Shown piece by piece: positions 1 through 12,658 of a stretch of DNA of 64,000 nucleotides. The notes below the pieces were generated by a model. That model made no database searches. It was not told the DNA's origin and saw only the letters and a list, made by a program, of their open reading frames with translations. This stretch comes from Orbicella franksi (lineage: Eukaryota). The translations under genes were made by a program, and so were the position numbers. Location of the stretch: assembly GCA_964199315.1 (NCBI GenBank), contig OZ116699.1:29388001-29452000 (forward strand), given 5' to 3'. The first letter of the stretch is position 1; each line of letters opens with the position of its first letter.

Positions 1-621
1 GAGACAAAAACAAGATGAAGAAATTCATGTGTAATGAACTAACCTCTTTAATACTCATTAGAAATTACAAAATTTCCAACTGCTTTAAGAGAGAGAAATC
101 GAAAAAACTATGGCTAGCAGTGTTCAAATGGCAAACAACGTAATTTTACGAAAACTCCATGGTAATGTGGTGATTGAATTACTCACTGGCACTTAGCGGC
201 AGTCTTGGCAGGTCTTGGCAGACAAGAACCTTCATTCTCTCTCTAAAAGTGTCTCGGCAAAGGTCCTCCTTTAAACGGAATTAAAAAATTTTTATAGAAA
301 CGAAACAAAAGTCATATTTGATATGTTATATAAAAAGTACGGATCCCAAACATTGACCTTTCTTGAGCTTATTGAGTTAGCAGCGAGCTTACGGAAAGGC
401 AAAAATCTTTCCCGACACAAAGCAAGAAGCGATACTTTTGGCCCCAAATTTGCCACAATTAGCAGCTGATTTTGACAGGATCGTTTTGCTGATTCCTGCA
501 CAAACAACCACAACAAGTACTTGAATGATGGCACTTGTTTTTCACAAGACCACAAAATTACAGCGGGAAGATCAGTGGCCCTGTGGTTTTTCCAATGACA
601 TGTTCGTTTTTCATTCATCGT

Positions 622-1443
622 TAGCCTGTGAACAGGCTCCCGGTGAGCCCAAACGAAGCGAGGGAGCCTGTAGACATTCTATTGATGCTGCCATTCTATG
701 ATACCAGCTCCTGGTGTCATGATATGATTGGTTAAATCGCTGATTGTTGAGATCTTTGAGATGAATATTTGACAGATCTTTGTAAAATTATACAACTCCA
801 ACAGTTCGTTACAATAGTACATGTAATAGTGCATTCGCCGTTCTCTTCTAAGTTTTGGTCTCTCAACATCTCGTTATTTCACAAGTGATTCTGAAGGGTA
901 TTTTATGCTCTGTTACCAGGAGGAATTTTAAGTAGAAGCTAGTGGAGTGGAGCCGTTTGGCGGTGCTATAGCAATTTTTTTTAGAGATCAGAGGCATGGT
1001 TTCCGGACTTTCCGCTGTTATCTGCTTGTCGCTTTGCAGTGAGTTTGACACGTATCATGTGCTCATAATTTCTTTAGGCTCATTTCAGTATTGTAAAATA
1101 TGTTTTAAGCTCTCTAAGTATTGGCTCTGGAGGGACAAAGTTAAGTTCGAAATATTCCATGAACATGGTGCTTACTTGCACTCTATATTATGACGCCCGG
1201 CCCGGCTATTTGATTAGCTCGATTAGAACTGTTTGCAAGTACCGAAAATGTAGCTTTTTGACAGGTCTAATTACCTCATTGACTGATTTGTTACAGGCTT
1301 ATCACCAAGGGCAGATAGGCACATCAAAAACAAAGTCTACAGGCTCCCCTGTCCCCACCCCGATTGTTTTGCTCTCCGAATTCTTCTGTTTCGTGCTCGC
1401 CGAAATTTTTTTCTGTCCTTGCCGGGAGCCTGTTCGTAGGCTA
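622..1443. mobile_element. Non-autonomous DNA transposon (MITE-like, ~820 bp, TA-flanked)
   Basis: TAGCCTGTGAACAGGCTCCCGG at 622-643 is the reverse complement (2 mismatches) of CCGGGAGCCTGTTCGTAGGCTA at 1422-1443. An inner inverted pair is also present: AGGGAGCCTGTAGAC (~661) / GTCTACAGGCTCCCCT (~1335). No transposase ORF. Confidence 0.55.
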
Positions 1444-1470
1444 ATTCGTCATCCGCCATTTGAAAATGGA

Positions 1471-2517
1471 ATGGCGGGAGTCATTGCAGGTGAATGCTTG
1501 CCTCGTACTGCGCATGTCCAGACATTTTTGCGTTCTGTCCGCCCTGTCCGTAATGTAACAATTGGTTTTTAAAATAGCTGAAATTTTCTTTAAATCCTGT
1601 TGGGTGAATATTCAATGTGGTCTCTGGTAACAGGATTTGTGCAGGTCCTGGAAAGCTTAGAAAGTCCTTGAATGTTACTGGCATTTTTCAGGACTGGATA
1701 GTCCTGGATAAAAACTGCTGGTCCAAAAGTGTTGAAAATCTCAGAAGTATAAATTCACCCAGATTCTCACACCAAACCAAATTCTCAGAACTAACATTAA
1801 AAGAAATGCATGGCAAACAGTAAGGAGAATTAATATTGCAATCTTGGGAGTGAAAAGGTTAACGTGAATTTTTGAGTCCTCAGTGGAAACATCCTGGAAA
1901 TTTGTTTCTAAAAGGAAAGTGCCAATAGTACAGGTTCTTTGGCCGGCTGAGTGCTGACTGGTTAATTTAAATTTTAGCAGCATCAACTGAATCTGAGTTA
2001 AGATAAGGCAGCACCCCTGTAACCAGAGACAAATCCTTCTTCCCAAGAAATCGCTTCCGAATCATGTTTCGAGCCTAAGGAAATTTAAACCTTTGTCTTA
2101 GAGGTCCTTGGGTGTAGTGGTAGGTTTGGATAAAGTCTGCCCGTAAACTGAACTGTTTTTCCTGCTTGTAGTAGTGCTCAACTGAAAAAAAATTATTATT
2201 ATGCTCTTATTCTCTTTAGTAAAGCATCTGGACCAGTTTCCATATAATCAAGGAAATCTATAGATGATATTATACAGTGAGGAGTGAGGATATGGAATAT
2301 ATGCTGCTCGGTTACCGGATGTAGTTTCGAATCAATTTTGGGAGCGGGTACAGAACATTCATTTCACGACGGAGAAAACATCTTTGAAGCATCATCCATG
2401 CACTACCGGTATGTTGATCTTTGAAAGATTTGGAGATTTCTTTACGTCACGTGATAGTTAAGATCAGCTACAGTTCCCCTATCTCACTGTAATTTACCAA
2501 CTGAATATAAATAAAGG

Positions 2518-2552
<35 letters not shown>

Positions 2553-5500
2553 ACTTTACCGTCTTAAATATAAATAAATTTCTCTTTTCAGTCATTAAAG
2601 CGAGTGATAATGTTGACGTTGAATGAAGCATTCCCAAAGCAAACACAAACTTGCCATTGTAAGTATTACCTCGCTAGTAGGGCAATTGCCACCTTCAGAT
2701 ATCCAATGTTTGACTCGCGTCACCACTTTTTCACGGAAGTAATCAAACTTTCAAGGCCCAATATACAATACAGGCAGATAAGCCGTGAGCACTTTACGTG
2801 TTTTTATACTTTTTTCTGGTGACTATAGAATGAAGGCTCTTCATATGATGTACCATCCCCAGAAACCCAGACGCAAATAGTCAGGTGAAGAGGTGCGAAC
2901 GAATGTTTACAAGAATGAACAAGAGAGATCTTGAAAACTTTCATTCACACTTCCTGACCCAGCTATTCTCTTCTGTGTTTCCGAGAATGGTAATGTATAA
3001 GATTAGCGTTTTTACATTAAAGAAACGCTAAATACTTTTCAAAATATGAAGAGCCCTCATCCTTTGGTCACTAACAAAATGGACAAAAAATCTCGTGTCT
3101 ACAGTCCGAGTGTCATCACTGTAAAGCCTTTGAAGACAGGTTGTTAGTATAACAGTAGCATTTTTATAATCTTACATGTACATTAAAACCTAAGCGGTTG
3201 GGTCTTAGGCTAAGTTTACATGGGATCGGACTGAAACTGTTCCGGAACGGTCCGGTCCGGATTGGCTTCTGTTTACACGAGACCATTTGAAACCCAATCC
3301 AGACCGGTTCCAAATGGTCCTCTGTAGACACCTGGTACAGATTAAAGTTGCAGAATCAGCCGTTTCTACCAGTTGCTCATGCGCAAATTCCTTTCCTAAG
3401 TAGTGCAATGATTTTGCTTCTTACAGGTGAAATTAAAGTAGGCCTTCAATACAGAGCCACGAGTACAAGTACCGGTAACTATTATTATTCCACTCTACAT
3501 GTACATGTATGTGCTAATAAATTATTATTGTCTGTAATGTAAGTCAAGCAGTTGGCTCACGGTCAAAATAGTTTTACTTTTCCCAGCTTCTTTTTAACCC
3601 AGCCAAACAATTTTTTTTTATTAGCCTATTATTTTTGATTAGTGAAGTGATGATTCAAACTAGCACATATCCTTAGGATTTTTCTTATGGAATTTTGTAG
3701 ACACTCTGGCATTGTTATTTGCTGTACGTAGACTTCAACAATTCAGACAGCAACACTTTGTTTTTGATTCTCCATAGCTATTTTTGTTTTCATGTTGAAT
3801 TGAAGTCTGTAGAATCTTGTATTTATTGGTTGAGAATAAAATATATGTTGTTAAGGTCAGTATGAAACACTTACATGGTAATATTAGATTAAGAAGATCG
3901 GCAGGGGTTTCATTAGCTTTTAAGTAGGAAGGTATATATGGGAGATCATGCTAAAGATATTTTGTAGCGCACTTATGAAAAGTATTCAAACCATTTGTAT
4001 GGATGTGAATTTTGTGGCTCAATTCTATGACAAGTTTAAACTTTTATGGTCAGAAGAGATCACTTGAAGTGAATTTCTTCAAGGCAGGTGGCACCAGCTG
4101 GCTTTTAAGTTTCGTGGTACTGGTTCCCGAGTTCCAAGGGTTGCGCCCTCTGATTAGAACCCTTGACTGGCCATGTAATGTCTAATTAACAATTAGACCC
4201 GTAGCCCGCAAGGGCTATGGGTCAATAGCCCATTCAGCTTCGCCTCATGGCCCTTGAGGGCAAAGGGTCTAATTGTTTTAGTATCAACCAACTAGTCGGA
4301 CAGAAAAGGCAAAAACAAACTTAGCAAATGCAAGTTGAAGAATATTTATTTGGGAATAACATGAAAGAAAGCGTCATGTTTGATTGCGCTAATTTCGCTA
4401 CTCGAGGACTATTAGTAATAGTCCTCTAGTAGCATAGCCAATTAAAATGCAGGATTTGCATTAGTTCACTAGTTGGGTGATACTAATTTCATTTATCCAT
4501 TCTCTACTTGCTTCCCTGTCCATTTTAGGTGAAAGAACAAACCAGATCCTGCTGAGGGTTTGGCCAAGAGAGATGACACTTACTGTAAGATCTGGTTAGA
4601 CCAGTTGCACTTTGTTAATCCAGAACAAACCGCCATTTTTCCCCCTGTTTATTGCAGGGTACATATATGCCTTAGAAATTAATATCATTTAGAATAACCC
4701 TGTGAGTCTGGGAAGGGTATATTGACTTACAGCTGTAGGAGCATGTATTTAGCTTTGATCGACTGTACTGTGCATGTTGTTTAGTGAAATGAAGCTAACC
4801 ACTATAAACAGGGTTAGGTACCCTTTTAACTTATTTTTTTTCTTTTATAAGTAACAGTTGAATTCTACAGTCGAACCTTTATTTAGCAACCCCCTTTTAA
4901 GTGGCCAACCTCTATTTAGCGGCCAGCTGCGGAAATTTTGTCAACTAATCACTGTAATCAAAACTCCTATTCAACAGCCACCTTAAAACAGGGACCTGCT
5001 TCTTGCTGTCTGAAAGAGTGATTATTGTTTTATACCTCTGTTAAATGGCTGGGGAGATTTTAGGCTGGATTTTTCTATCCAGATGAGGGTAAAAGAATGA
5101 TAATGTAGAATATGGTAAAAATATTTTATTGTATTTGATGTCAGAAGCATTTCATTTAAAAGGTTACAGCACATGTAGACTACAGTTCTTGAAGCGTTTT
5201 AGCTTGTTTGAGAGACGTATGAGCCAGTTCTGGGTTGACAGATGTGCCGTATTCATACATATAATGTTCTTTCTTTAGGTTTTGTTTTAGCTTTTGTTAA
5301 CATTACAGACTGTATAGTGCCCATCATTATCCTCCTTTTTCTCCACTTTCATTTGTTTTTATTGATATTTAAATAAACTGAAAACTGGACCAAGCCTAAC
5401 ATTGTTTTCAGGTGAACCTCTATTAAGTGGCCAGTTGTCCCGTCCCCACGAGACTGAATAAGAGAGGTTCAACTATATTTGCTTTTTCAGCTTGCTGGAA

Positions 5501-8500
5501 ACTTGAAATAAAAGTTGTTCTTTCTTTTCATTTTACTTCCAATCTATGAGTGATTGACTTGGGGTTATGAGCATAATTATTTTCAGGTACAATCATGTTC
5601 AAGAATTTTGTAGTTGTAGTTTTGATTAATTAATAACACTCCAGTTTCAAATTTATTATACAGTCATGTGCATGTATCTGAGGGAATAGCTGAAATGAAG
5701 GTAATTGATTTTCATCTGTCATCCTGTAGATTTCAGAAACAAAACAAACTGAGTATTGCTTGCAGTGGTTGGCTAAAAATGCAGGTAAGAGTAAAATAAC
5801 TTGAACACAAATCAAGTAAAATTTAGAAATTAAAGTGAGGAACAAATGAGTTTTCAAGTGATGTAATTTTTATTTTTGCAAGTGGGACTGAGGCAGCTGT
5901 CCACTTAATACAGGGTGCTTATTAATTCTGGGGTCCACTTAATACAGTTTTCACTGTAGTTTTTGAGAGGGTTGACTAAACCAAAAGGTGACAAGGATAA
6001 TCAAGGATGAAGAAGATTGGTATAGATTGCAAATGGAAATTTTGAAAAAATTATGTTAAAGTTTTGAAGATGCAAGAACTATAACGTTCAGTAGCTCCTT
6101 TAAAAACTTAGAACTGTAAATTTCTGTCGTTCTTTGACCTATTGTTGTTTTATTTCAGAGATGCCAAACAAGTTGAAGAAGGTGTATGAGTTAGAGGGAC
6201 TAGTGTGTGTGACCTACACACACACTTCACTGCTGGATCTGGTAGTACCATGGGAATTTCTAAGTCAAAAGCAACAGAGCTTAACTCCAGTACTATTTTT
6301 GACTATGAACCTAATTCAAGGTATATTTTGGTAAAAGCGTGAGCTTCCTTCCTTCCTTTCTTTTCTTTTTATTATTCCCCTTCTTCTTTTCCTCCTCCCT
6401 TCCTTTCTTACGTCCATCTGTCTGTGCATCCATCCTTCCTTTCTTCCTTCCTTCCTTTATTATGCCCATCCATCCATCCCTACATCCATGCCTCCGTCCT
6501 TCCTTCCTTGCTTACTTCCTTGCTTCCTTCCTTGCTTCCTTTCTTCCCTCCCTCCCTCCCTCACTCACTCCCTCTCTCCCTCCCTCACTCTTCCCTCCCT
6601 CCCTCACTCCCTTTCTCCCTCCCTCCCTTCCTTCCTTCCTTTCATCCATCCATCCATTGGTCCATCCCTCAGTCCTTTCTTCCTTCTTCCATTGAAATTC
6701 CTTTATCCTTCCCCTAGAGAAAATCTGTAGTGGAAGTGTACTATAAGCCAGCAGCAGGTTACAAATGTACACTAAGTCAGGGACTTTACTCAAAATAATC
6801 ACAAACAAATATTTCAAATCAAACGACATGGTTGAAAACCCAACTTGGGACCAGTAAGAAACAAATTGACCTTATGGGCAGAGAGAGGGGTGAATTCAAA
6901 TGTTGTCATCTATGTCAGCTAATGATTGTAATGCTACATGGTGCTTGTTTTCTGGTGAAATTTCATTTCCTCTCATTGTGTAATGTGAAAACATTGGTTG
7001 TGTTCAATTTTCTTGGTGTGACTGGCATGAAAAGCAAGAGGTGAAATTCTGTGCATTGGGGACAGTCCTCTGATACTGGTAAGCAAAGGTGAATAGATAT
7101 ACCGGTATGTACTTTAAATTTTTATCTGTATCACAATAATTAGTCATGTTTATTTTTATTTGTCAAAAACTTGCATGGAGTCCTGACAACTATGCCACAA
7201 GAAATTGTCTTTTAACATCATTTTTGTTTGCTGTGTTTTATCTTTACAAAAGCATGAAACTTTGACTACATTTCCTTGGACCTGTCATGTACTAGTAGAA
7301 GTACTGCAAGTTCCTTAAGCTCACTTTCAACTGGAACGTTTGAGCTTATTAGTTTTTTTTCTGCTTGAGGAAGTAGCCAAAATAGCAGCAGTATTTTGTA
7401 TTTCGTTCGATGGTTGTGAATACGACAACCCTTTGTCATTTTCCGCCAACATTTCCTTGTTTTTGCTACAAAAATTTTCTGATTTCTTTTTCCGAGTGTG
7501 TCGATCAGCCTTTGGAACGCTTTTGTTTCGCTTTCTTTTTTTTCCTCTCTCCATCCAAAACTACAACTACAACAACAACAAACCAACAGCAACACAAGCA
7601 AGCAACGCAAGTAATGCAAAGTTGTGATGGCGCGCTTTTGGAAGTCACTCTCCTACACTAAATTCCCAGGAGGTCCAGCGGTGTTGACAACTCTAACACC
7701 TTTGAAGTGTGACATGAAGAGTCATGCAAAAAAGGAAATTTACAATAACTCCAGAGCGAAAAGAGATTTCGGATTTTTTCTTTCTGCCAAAGAAATCCTA
7801 GACCACATAGTTTATGTATGCCAAATATCTCAATTTTGGAAAAATTTGACCTGCGAACCTGTTCCGTAACCTTAATTGAGCATGGAAATTATACACAGTA
7901 CGGCTGTCCAATTGAGAGGTGCGGTGGCCTAATGGTTAGCACTCTCTACTCAGGATTGAGCAGTCCGGGTTCAAGTCCTGACCAGGGCACTGTGTTGTGT
8001 TTTAGGGCAAGATGCTATACATTTATAGTGCCTCTCTCCACCCAGGTATATAAATCAGTACCAGCAAATTCAATGCTGGGGGTAACCCTGCAACGGAATA
8101 GCATCCCATCTAAAGGAGAGTAGAAATAATTGGAGTTGCTTCATGCAAAGGATACCAGGATAAGGTCTGGCCTTATGGGCCGCTTGGTTCACATGCAGAC
8201 TTAACCATACCTTTTTACAGATTTCCAATAAAATACTAAGTAATCACATTAAATTTTGTTCCTGTAGAACAGCTGAGAGCCTCAGAAAAAAAAGATATAA
8301 TGCCTATGGGGACACTTTGAGCTGGGACCTTTTCAGCTTTATCATTCTTTTTGTATTTGTATTATTTACTTATATTGCAATTAATTTTAAATGCTTTCAA
8401 TATAAAATATGTACAGCTGTATGTGAACAAAAGGAACTTTTTTAATTTCCAACATTCTCAACATCACATGGAGTGCAAATGGACAAGCAGATTGCTGTCC

Positions 8501-10480
8501 AGTAATAACAATGTTCTTCCAGTAGTTTATAAATGTGAACAAAACTTACCACCAACTTCATGAAGAGTTTTGACCAAAAATAGAAACTTAAAATTTGCCC
8601 AGAACTAGTGTCAGTTCAGACTTGAATTACACAGTCTACACATTGTTTTCCAAAGCAGAAAAGTCCTTTGTTTTTTATCAGTTTCTTCTTATTCAGTGTT
8701 TGAACCCATTTCTGCTACCTTCATAGATTCAATTGTTTTATCTTGTTTACAAACTTTGAAGGTTATATTCTTTATCAAAGGAAGGGTTTCCTCAATCTTC
8801 TGACAAGAGAGCTTCCTGATATCGGTCTCCACGATGCTATGGAACTGCATGAGAACAATAAAACGGGCCAGTGTATTCTGCACCCTGCATAATAACTATA
8901 TTTGTGGATACAGTAGAAGACATGCTCTCTTTGAGCATGCTTAGGCTGCATGAAGAACATTTCATAAACTCTGAGTTGTCAGCAGCAGCGTCATTTCGAA
9001 TATGATCTTTGCAATTAATGCAAATGTACAATTTGTTGGCTTTGATTGCTAATATTTTCCCACTGATGGCTTCAAGTTCTTTCCCTTTTGTGTACAAGCA
9101 AGCCTCAAGTCTGGATCGAAACTGGAGCTCAAAAAATGTTTTAGTGAGACTATCTTGGCCGCTGTTATTGATGGGTGGGTCGTATGTTGAAGAGCTCCAA
9201 AGGAAAACCGCAATAATAACCCAATGATTTAGGTACTTACCAATACGGACAATACGACGAGCGGAAATAAGCTACTTTCCAATATGCCTCGATGGTCTGC
9301 CTCGATGGTCTGCCTCGTCCATGTGGTAGCGTGTGTAAAAAGTTACCATCTAGGGTCCCCTAGGCGCAAACATTTCCGCTTCTCAATCCATACTGTGATT
9401 TTCAAAGGTCGCGAAATTCTGAATTGATGTTTAAATTTATTTATTTCACCATACAAACATGTTTTATTCTTTTGCACTTCCTTGTTGCAGCGACATCAAA
9501 GTTTATATGGACTTTTATTAAGCCGAAGTGGGGAGGGGTGTTGAGGACACTTTCACGTCCATCTATGGTCCACAATTTCTGTCTACGGGCCACAATTTCC
9601 GTCTACGTTGGCTCCACCGCGATTCTCACTCGTTGCTTGCACATGCGCATGCATGAATGAGCAAAAATGGGCCTTTGAGCGCTAAAATGATTTTATTCCT
9701 GCAAAGATTTATTTTGTGATGTTTGCAAAAAGTAAGATGGTTTTGATTGCTTTTAGACTATGATAAATTCATGGGCAAAGTTTGAAAGAAACCAGCGATC
9801 CGAACTGAAATTCAACAGACCGGTTTTAGAGAGATCACCTCTTAAATAATCATCTGTTTATTTTGAAAAATTGTGGTGCTTTACCAAGTCAATGGTATCG
9901 AGATGACTCTGACTGGCTAAATTACTTCTGATGAAATTTGTAACTTGTTCTTTAGTGCCTGCTAGATTAAGATTCGGGTGATAAAGAATCTTTAGTATTG
10001 GCAACAATGCTGTGTGAGATAAATTAACCCCCTCTGCAGTGTTCTCCCTAGTTTTCAGCACATTAACAGGTAACATTATTTTCCAAACCAGCAAACTGTT
10101 TGCTTAATGTCAGTCATTTTTTTGAATTTTCAAGAATTCTAAGCCGTTGCAGGCAGTAATATGTGCTGTCAGAAGTGGTAAAGTTTACTGGTTACCACCT
10201 GATAAGGAGAATACTGCTCTGTAATGAGCCCACCCATAATAGTGGTTAGAAGAAAAAAAATGAGCCCTGGGGGTTATTAGAGAGTTTTTAGAGAAATTGT
10301 TGTATATTGTCGAAGTAGTAATTGTCACATAATTTACATTCATTTCCTTTTTTGTTGCAGCTTTTTAGTGCATTCGTGAAGGTTGCAAACAATTGTGAAA
10401 AGGAGAACTTAGAATTGCTCAGCTATGACTATGTTAGCGACAAAGAAACAGAGTTGGCAAAACAAGGGAAAGTGGGGTAG
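1471..10480 (+). CDS. Hypothetical ~126 aa protein, 6 coding exons, family not recognised
   Basis: Exons 1471-1489, 3427-3474, 4529-4584, 5730-5784, 6159-6241, 10361-10480. All introns are GT-AG, phases 1,1,0,1,0 match, and the 381 nt join is open: MAGVIAGEIKVGLQYRATSTSTGERTNQILLRVWPREMTLTISETKQTEYCLQWLAKNAEMPNKLKKVYELEGLVCVTYTHTSLLDLLFSAFVKVANNCEKENLELLSYDYVSDKETELAKQGKVG*. Extra exons cannot be excluded. Confidence 0.6.
2520..2551. repeat. (TTAC)8 microsatellite
   Basis: Eight perfect TTAC units read directly. Confidence 0.95.
4186..4487. repeat. Palindromic interspersed repeat (unclassified, probably a non-autonomous DNA element)
   Basis: Inverted pair AACAATTAGACCC (4188-4200) / GGGTCTAATTGTT (4265-4277). 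Related ...ATAATCTAATTGTT-type ends recur at ~12900-12995, ~48075, ~48430 and ~51450. Confidence 0.5.
4866..5477. mobile_element. Tc1/mariner-type MITE
   Basis: TA|CAGTCGAACCT at 4866 pairs with AGAGGTTCAACTA|TA at ~5463-5477. Internal repeated CCTCTATT(T/A)AG(C/T)GGCCA motifs. Confidence 0.5.
6345..6690. repeat. Polypyrimidine tetranucleotide mosaic (TTCC/TCCC/ATCC)n
   Basis: ~350 bp of mostly C/T on the + strand, inside intron 5 of the first gene. Confidence 0.9.
7914..8206 (+). mobile_element. tRNA-derived SINE (SINE2)
   Basis: Pol III A box TGGCCTAATGG (7925-7935) and B box GGTTCAAGTCC (7968-7978), followed by a CTCTCCACCCAGGT body; ~290 bp. A much more decayed relative is possible at ~54350-54570. 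Confidence 0.75.
8689..9150 (-). pseudogene. Frameshifted RPA70-like C-terminal OB-fold/zinc-ribbon fragment (probable Helitron relic)
   Basis: ...LEAISGKILAIKANKLYICINCKDHI...MKCSSCSLSML... then a frameshift to ...SIVETDIRKLSCQKIEETLPLIKNITFKVCKQDKTIESM. It has the same CxxC..CxxC layout as the C-terminus of the RPA-like ORF at 37551-38563. Confidence 0.45.
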
Positions 10481-10775
10481 TAAGATGGACATCGTGGAGA
10501 TCGCAAAGAGCAAGTGAGCTGATGGAATGTCTACAGCAACGTATTAACAATGGTCAGCAGGAAGATCACAGCGCGCGTAGAATTCAGTTCATTGTATAAA
10601 AAGCGGCATTAATTAAGGTGTCCATTATTTTCAACTGATATGTTTGCCAATGTTAAATCATACCTGAAGGACGTTTTACACGTAATTCTGACCAGCAAAG
10701 CCGAGTGCACTTCCTCTTTCTTTCTTTTAGTTAGTTTGCCATAATCTGAGCTAAGGTTGCAATTTAAATATCTAC

Positions 10776-10941
10776 CTGACGAAAGGTCGTCAAACAATCT
10801 CTTGGCTTCTGCCTGTCCAGCTTGATTGTTAGTCATACCACCTGGGTAACTGATTTTCCCTATCTCCATGATTGCTGAAGAGTATGGCAAGAACTTTAAG
10901 TTCACACTGGCTGAGTCGGAGAAGGTAACTGCTGCGCATTT
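10776..10941 (-). pseudogene. Isolated 5'-truncated exon of a VWA-domain gene
   Basis: AAVTFSDSASVNLKFLPYSSAIMEIGKISYPGGMTNNQAGQAEAKRLFDDLSS G|GTAGAT. Homologous to 17131-17290, including the start of the intron. Confidence 0.75.
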
Positions 10942-10945
10942 ATAT

Positions 10946-11205
10946 CACAGCACGAAATGGTAAATTTACGGCTCCGTAAAGCTACAGTAAAGCTGCTGTA
11001 AAGCTCTCCTTTCGAAAACTTTACGCGTCCTTACGAAAATGTATAGTTCTACTTTACGCGTCTTTACGGTGGATAGTAAGTTTTCGTAAGTGATGCAATT
11101 TACTCAACTTTACTGTCATAAAGTTCAGTAACACGGTACTTTACTATCGACCGTAAAGCGTCCAAAGGATTGTAAAGTTGACATTTAAGTACTGCTTTAC
11201 GGAAG
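10946..11205 (+). mobile_element. Possible EnSpm/CACTA-like terminal fragment
   Basis: Starts with CACAG just where VWA homology stops; 11 GTAAAG/CTTTAC subterminal motifs in both orientations within 260 bp. No matching right end was found. Confidence 0.4.
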
Positions 11206-12584
11206 TTGAAATCACGCAAATGCCGTCAAGACAACGATCTATATCAGCTTTTTTCCCGCTATGTTAGATGTTGTTACTTTCCTGGAAACGCAGACCTACG
11301 CGCTCTCCCTCCTCGTGCTTATTTCTCTTCTCCCCTCCCCTTGGAACGCTTGCCATGCAAACGGATTCTTGTGATTCCAAATCGATAAGAGTTATGAAGA
11401 CAATAATCCTAGCCACAAATTACCACTCATCATTCGTTTATTACAAGGAGACACATAATTACACATCTTTTTATATCAAATAATCAAACTTATTTCAGAC
11501 TATGAAAGTAATGCAATTCTTGTTGTTTCAATCTAAACAGAAACAGAAAAAAATATGTCCAAAATACCAAGGTGTCATCAACAGCTCTAGGACTCCTAAA
11601 ACATAAGTACTAAAATTAATAATTACATTGTACAGACCATGCTACTGCGTGGAAGAACTTTCACAAGTTTTCCAGTTTTAAAATGTTCGTAAAGAAAATC
11701 ACTAACTTTTAACTGCCATTAGAATAACCGGGAACAAACTCAAGCAAGAATCTTAAGGACAGGAATGATAACAGTCACTATACATGTATATAACTACATG
11801 TAATATTACCTGGTTGCAGTCGCATACAGTACTTTGCTACAACCTGACATCTGTCATAACTGAGCACTCGATTATGACCTCTTACAAAAGAAAACTACAT
11901 GAGGAACCATAATTATTACATTACAGATAAATACTCTTCGATTTGATGATACTGTTAATTTGCCCTATAGCGGTATTGCTTATACTTGTCAGATCAACCT
12001 CAAGGGTTTGCATGATGGATAATATTACAGTTTTAGACATGGTTACACATCCAAGGGCTAGTTTTGTTCATGAAGCATTGTGATTAGACTACACAGCTTA
12101 TGGCTTATGTTATCATCACTATGTTATCCGCTGGAAAATAAATAATGATAAGAAGTTAAAAAACTAATAAATATTATCAGTGTGAATCTTTCTTGCAACA
12201 AACATAAATTTAATGTTATTGTAGTACATAACAAGAAATATAATTTTCCTTCAGAATTAGCAAAACTTATAAGAAACAAATTGCTTTTAAAAAAGATGAA
12301 AAATCACAAAAATGACTGACCAGCAAAAAATCTGTGGGATGGAACTCACACACCACTGTCAACTCTGCATTATTATGCACAAAATGTGTACACATTTACC
12401 AATTTTACCTGATTTGAGCATTCCTTTTTGCCGCCAGTTTTCTTTAACAACTACTTTTGTCACAAACATTTTAAAAATATTTTCTCCCATATGTACTTTC
12501 ATTAGCAAATAAATATAATAGTCTCATAAAACTTGCCTACTGTATATGGAACAGGCCTGTTAGCTGAATACAGCTTTAAAATCT

Positions 12585-12658
12585 AAAAAAAAAAAAAAAA
12601 CAGAACAAAACAAAAACAAAAACAAAAACAAACAAAAACAAAAAAAAACAAAAAAAAC
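12585..12658. repeat. A-rich/(CAAAA)n tract
   Basis: Poly-A followed by CAAAA/CAAA units. Confidence 0.85.

Noticed and set aside
1159-1572. 137-aa ORF
   Set aside because: Mostly MITE sequence; only the MAGVIAG part matches the predicted first exon.
3200-3345. GGCTAAGTTTACA-starting Harbinger-like MITE fragment
   Set aside because: No convincing second end, so it was not listed as a feature.
6339-6829. Pro/Ser/Leu-rich and Gly/Glu/Arg-rich ORFs
   Set aside because: Translations of the TTCC/TCCC simple repeat.
7266-7661. Overlapping ORFs on both strands (Lys-rich on the minus strand)
   Set aside because: Low-complexity intronic sequence with no recognisable motif or supporting splice chain.
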